Translations under genes and position numbers: made by a program | Part shown: positions 61,501 to 64,000 of the stretch, one piece after another | Position numbering within the stretch: position 1 is the stretch's first letter | Layout: every line of letters begins with the position of its first letter | Assembly: GCA_963575745.1 (NCBI GenBank) | Contig: CAUYUJ010000272.1 | Location: 1 to 64,000, forward strand | DNA: 64,000 nt | Source: Prorocentrum cordatum | Taxonomy: Eukaryota | Direction of reading: 5' to 3' | Notes under the pieces: generated by a model | The model's database searches: none | Seen by the model: the letters and a program-made list of their open reading frames with translations, nothing else | What the model was told of the DNA's origin: nothing

Positions 61501-64000
61501 GACATCGACATCGTCAGCAGCATCGTCATATTCAGCATCATCATCATCAGCAGCATCATCATCATTCATATCAGCAGTATCCTTATTACTAGTAGTGTTT
61601 CACCTTTATTGGCATGTTCATTATTCGCGCGTTTGTTATGTGTAGGCGTATTGTAGTGATTGTTCTAGCACGTGTTGTCGGTATGCTTGTTCCTATTAGA
61701 TATATGTTCATTCGCATTGGTGTGTTATTCGAACTTGTTATTTATAATCAGTATTGGTATACTCATTCGAATCATTATCATCATGAATAGCACTGCGAGT
61801 TGTATTATTGCTGTTATCAGTATTATGAGTATCCGTATTGTTCGCAGTATGAAGATCAATAGTAGTAATCAGAGTATTGCTAATACTACGAATCAGTTTC
61901 AATAGGTGTATAGCAAGTACTCGTATTATGTATTATTGCCAGTATTCGTGTTACTAATACATGTCGGCGCTATTACCATTAGTATGAATAGTAGAGTTGT
62001 TGTTATTAAAATCAGTACTATTAGTTTTTTATTACTAGTAGTAGCATGATTCATGGTCTTACTTTCTATTGCTATTAATGGTATGCTATATCATTATAGG
62101 TATTCTCCTCCGCCTCATTATCCTCCTCGTCCTCTTCCTCTTCCTCATCCTCATCCTCCCCCCGTCCTTTGCGATCGGGGAAGGGGCTCAGCACGCGTGC
62201 GACCTTTTCGACTGAGCTCCGCTGCTTTTTGGGGTCGTGCAGCAGTCGATGGATCTCGCCCAGCCGTTCCAGTGCGGTCCGCACCTCCTCCTCCTCCTCC
62301 TCCTGCGGCACTGCGGGCAAGGCGGTCTGTTCCGCCGCAGCCCACGCCGCGCCCCGCGCGCCGCCGCGTTCGGCGCGACGTATTCTGGGAGCCTCTGGGC
62401 AGGCGGCGGGCCGCCGCGGCCTGTCGTTACTTGTGGATCTTCATCTCCTCCCCCTCGCTCCAGCGAGGGGGCCTTCATGATGGTGAAGGGCGCGTGCAGG
62501 TGATTGCTCGGGGCGATCGCGTAGCAGTTGCCGCCGTGGTCGTTCATGTGCCCATGTTACAGGCAGGTGAGGATGTCTCCAGCCCTGTCGTTTTGGCGTT
62601 CGTTGTTGCCGCTGGCTGCTTGAGTTGGTCTCGTTGTGGCAGCAGTCGTTGGCGATTCCGTTGTTTTCCGAGCTGTGTGGCGACGATAATCCAGGTCGCG
62701 GCTCGAGGAGCACCGCGCCTGGAGGTCCTAGCACACAGCAAAACGTGGCGTCACCAAAAATGTCGCCGAGGTGGTTGTACTCGTTCTGGTGGTGGTTGGC
62801 GCTGACGATAAGTCTTCTGTTTTCGTCGTAGTAGCTGTTGTAGTGCCACCCTCTTGCTGCAATGAGAGCGTCCGCTGTACTGCGCATGACCATGCCTATG
62901 ATGTCGTCGATCTCGCTTCCTCCTCCTCCTCCTCCTCCTCCTCCTCCTCCTCCGCCTCCTCCTGTTGCTTGTTGCCTGTTGGCTGGAGTGTCGTACCGAC
63001 GCAGCCCTCCTCCTCCTCCTCCTCCTCCTATTCCTCCTCCTCCTCCTCCTCTTCATCCTCCTCTTCCTCCTCCTCCTTCTCCTCCTCCTCCTCCTCCCCC
63101 TCCTCCTGCCCTCCCTCCCCGCCCCTCCCTCCCCCCCCTTCGCCGCTGGCCGTTACCTTGCGGCCCGAGCGGCAGGCGCCCAGGGGCCGCGCCGCCCCGC
63201 CGCCCCCGAGGCCTCCCCGCTCCGCCCGGGGGCAGGGCGGCCATGGGCCGGCCGCCCGGGGCGCCGCGCCGCTGCGCAGCCCCATGCGGCGAGCGGCGGC
63301 GTGGGCGCCGCGGCGGCCCGCGCCTGCCGCCGCCTCGCCGCCGGAGCCGCGCGCGCCGCCCGCCGCCGCGAGCGAGGCTCACAGTGGGCGTCACGCCGGG
63401 GAGGAAGGATGCACCCATACACCGCTAGCTTTCGCCCGTTTTTCCCTTCCCTTTTTGGGCCTCCTGGGAGGCCCTCGTCGCCACCGCTGGATTCGCCTCG
63501 AGATTCTGGTCAGAACGCACCCCAAGAGAGGTCAGAGGGGTAGCGGTAGCGGCGCTTCTTGGTTTCCCCGGTCACAGCAAGCAGTACAGTCGGACCGAGG
63601 TAACCCAGGGATGTTGTCAGTTTTGAACCCCCTTTTCATCTCTCGGCGGGAAACAACACTGGTCCACATCGTCGCGGCGGAAAGTATTTTCCCTCTACTG
63701 GGGGGTTTAAAGACTCCTAGGGAGGTCGGTTCGGGGAGGGTACCCTGATGTTTCCCGTGTTCGTTGGACGTTCTTGCGCATCCCGGGGAGGGTGCCCTTG
63801 CATGTCCTGTGTGTTTTGGCCGGCGGAGGGTCTCACATTCTTGAAGGATGTTACTCTGTCCTGGGTCCGACTGTAGATCCGTTAGTCGTTGTGGCTCAGT
63901 GGGTGTCTTGAGGCCAATCTCAGTAAGTGGCGCTCCACCGGGCCAGGCCCACCCACATCACTGAATCTTCATCTGTGGATTTCCGGCGGGAAGAAGCGGT

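Overview
This is a GC-rich eukaryotic window dominated by microsatellites and short repeats; a dinoflagellate origin is inferred from its style, not proven. It has a 100-N assembly gap at 27356-27455. Almost all listed ORFs are artefacts of (GAG)n, (GAT)n, (GGT)n and (TATG)n tracts. The one clearly intact coding unit is a ~7.7-kb tyrosine-recombinase (DIRS-order, Ngaro/PAT-type) retrotransposon at 31783-39453. It has identical split direct repeats (A1 ... B1-ATATAT-A2-spacer-B2), a gag-like ORF, a pol ORF and an overlapping tyrosine recombinase ORF. In pol, a complete DNMT3-like C5-cytosine methyltransferase sits inside the RNase H domain, downstream of the RT. The element is inserted in an (AT)n tract that matches its own B/A junction core, and the gag stop looks like a possible UAG read-through site. 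The rest of the window holds at least seven small palindromic MITE-like families, two kb-scale foldback elements, several satellites, degraded LINE 3' ends and a few candidate minus-strand micro-exons of a host gene. I recognised no rRNA, tRNA or CRISPR array.
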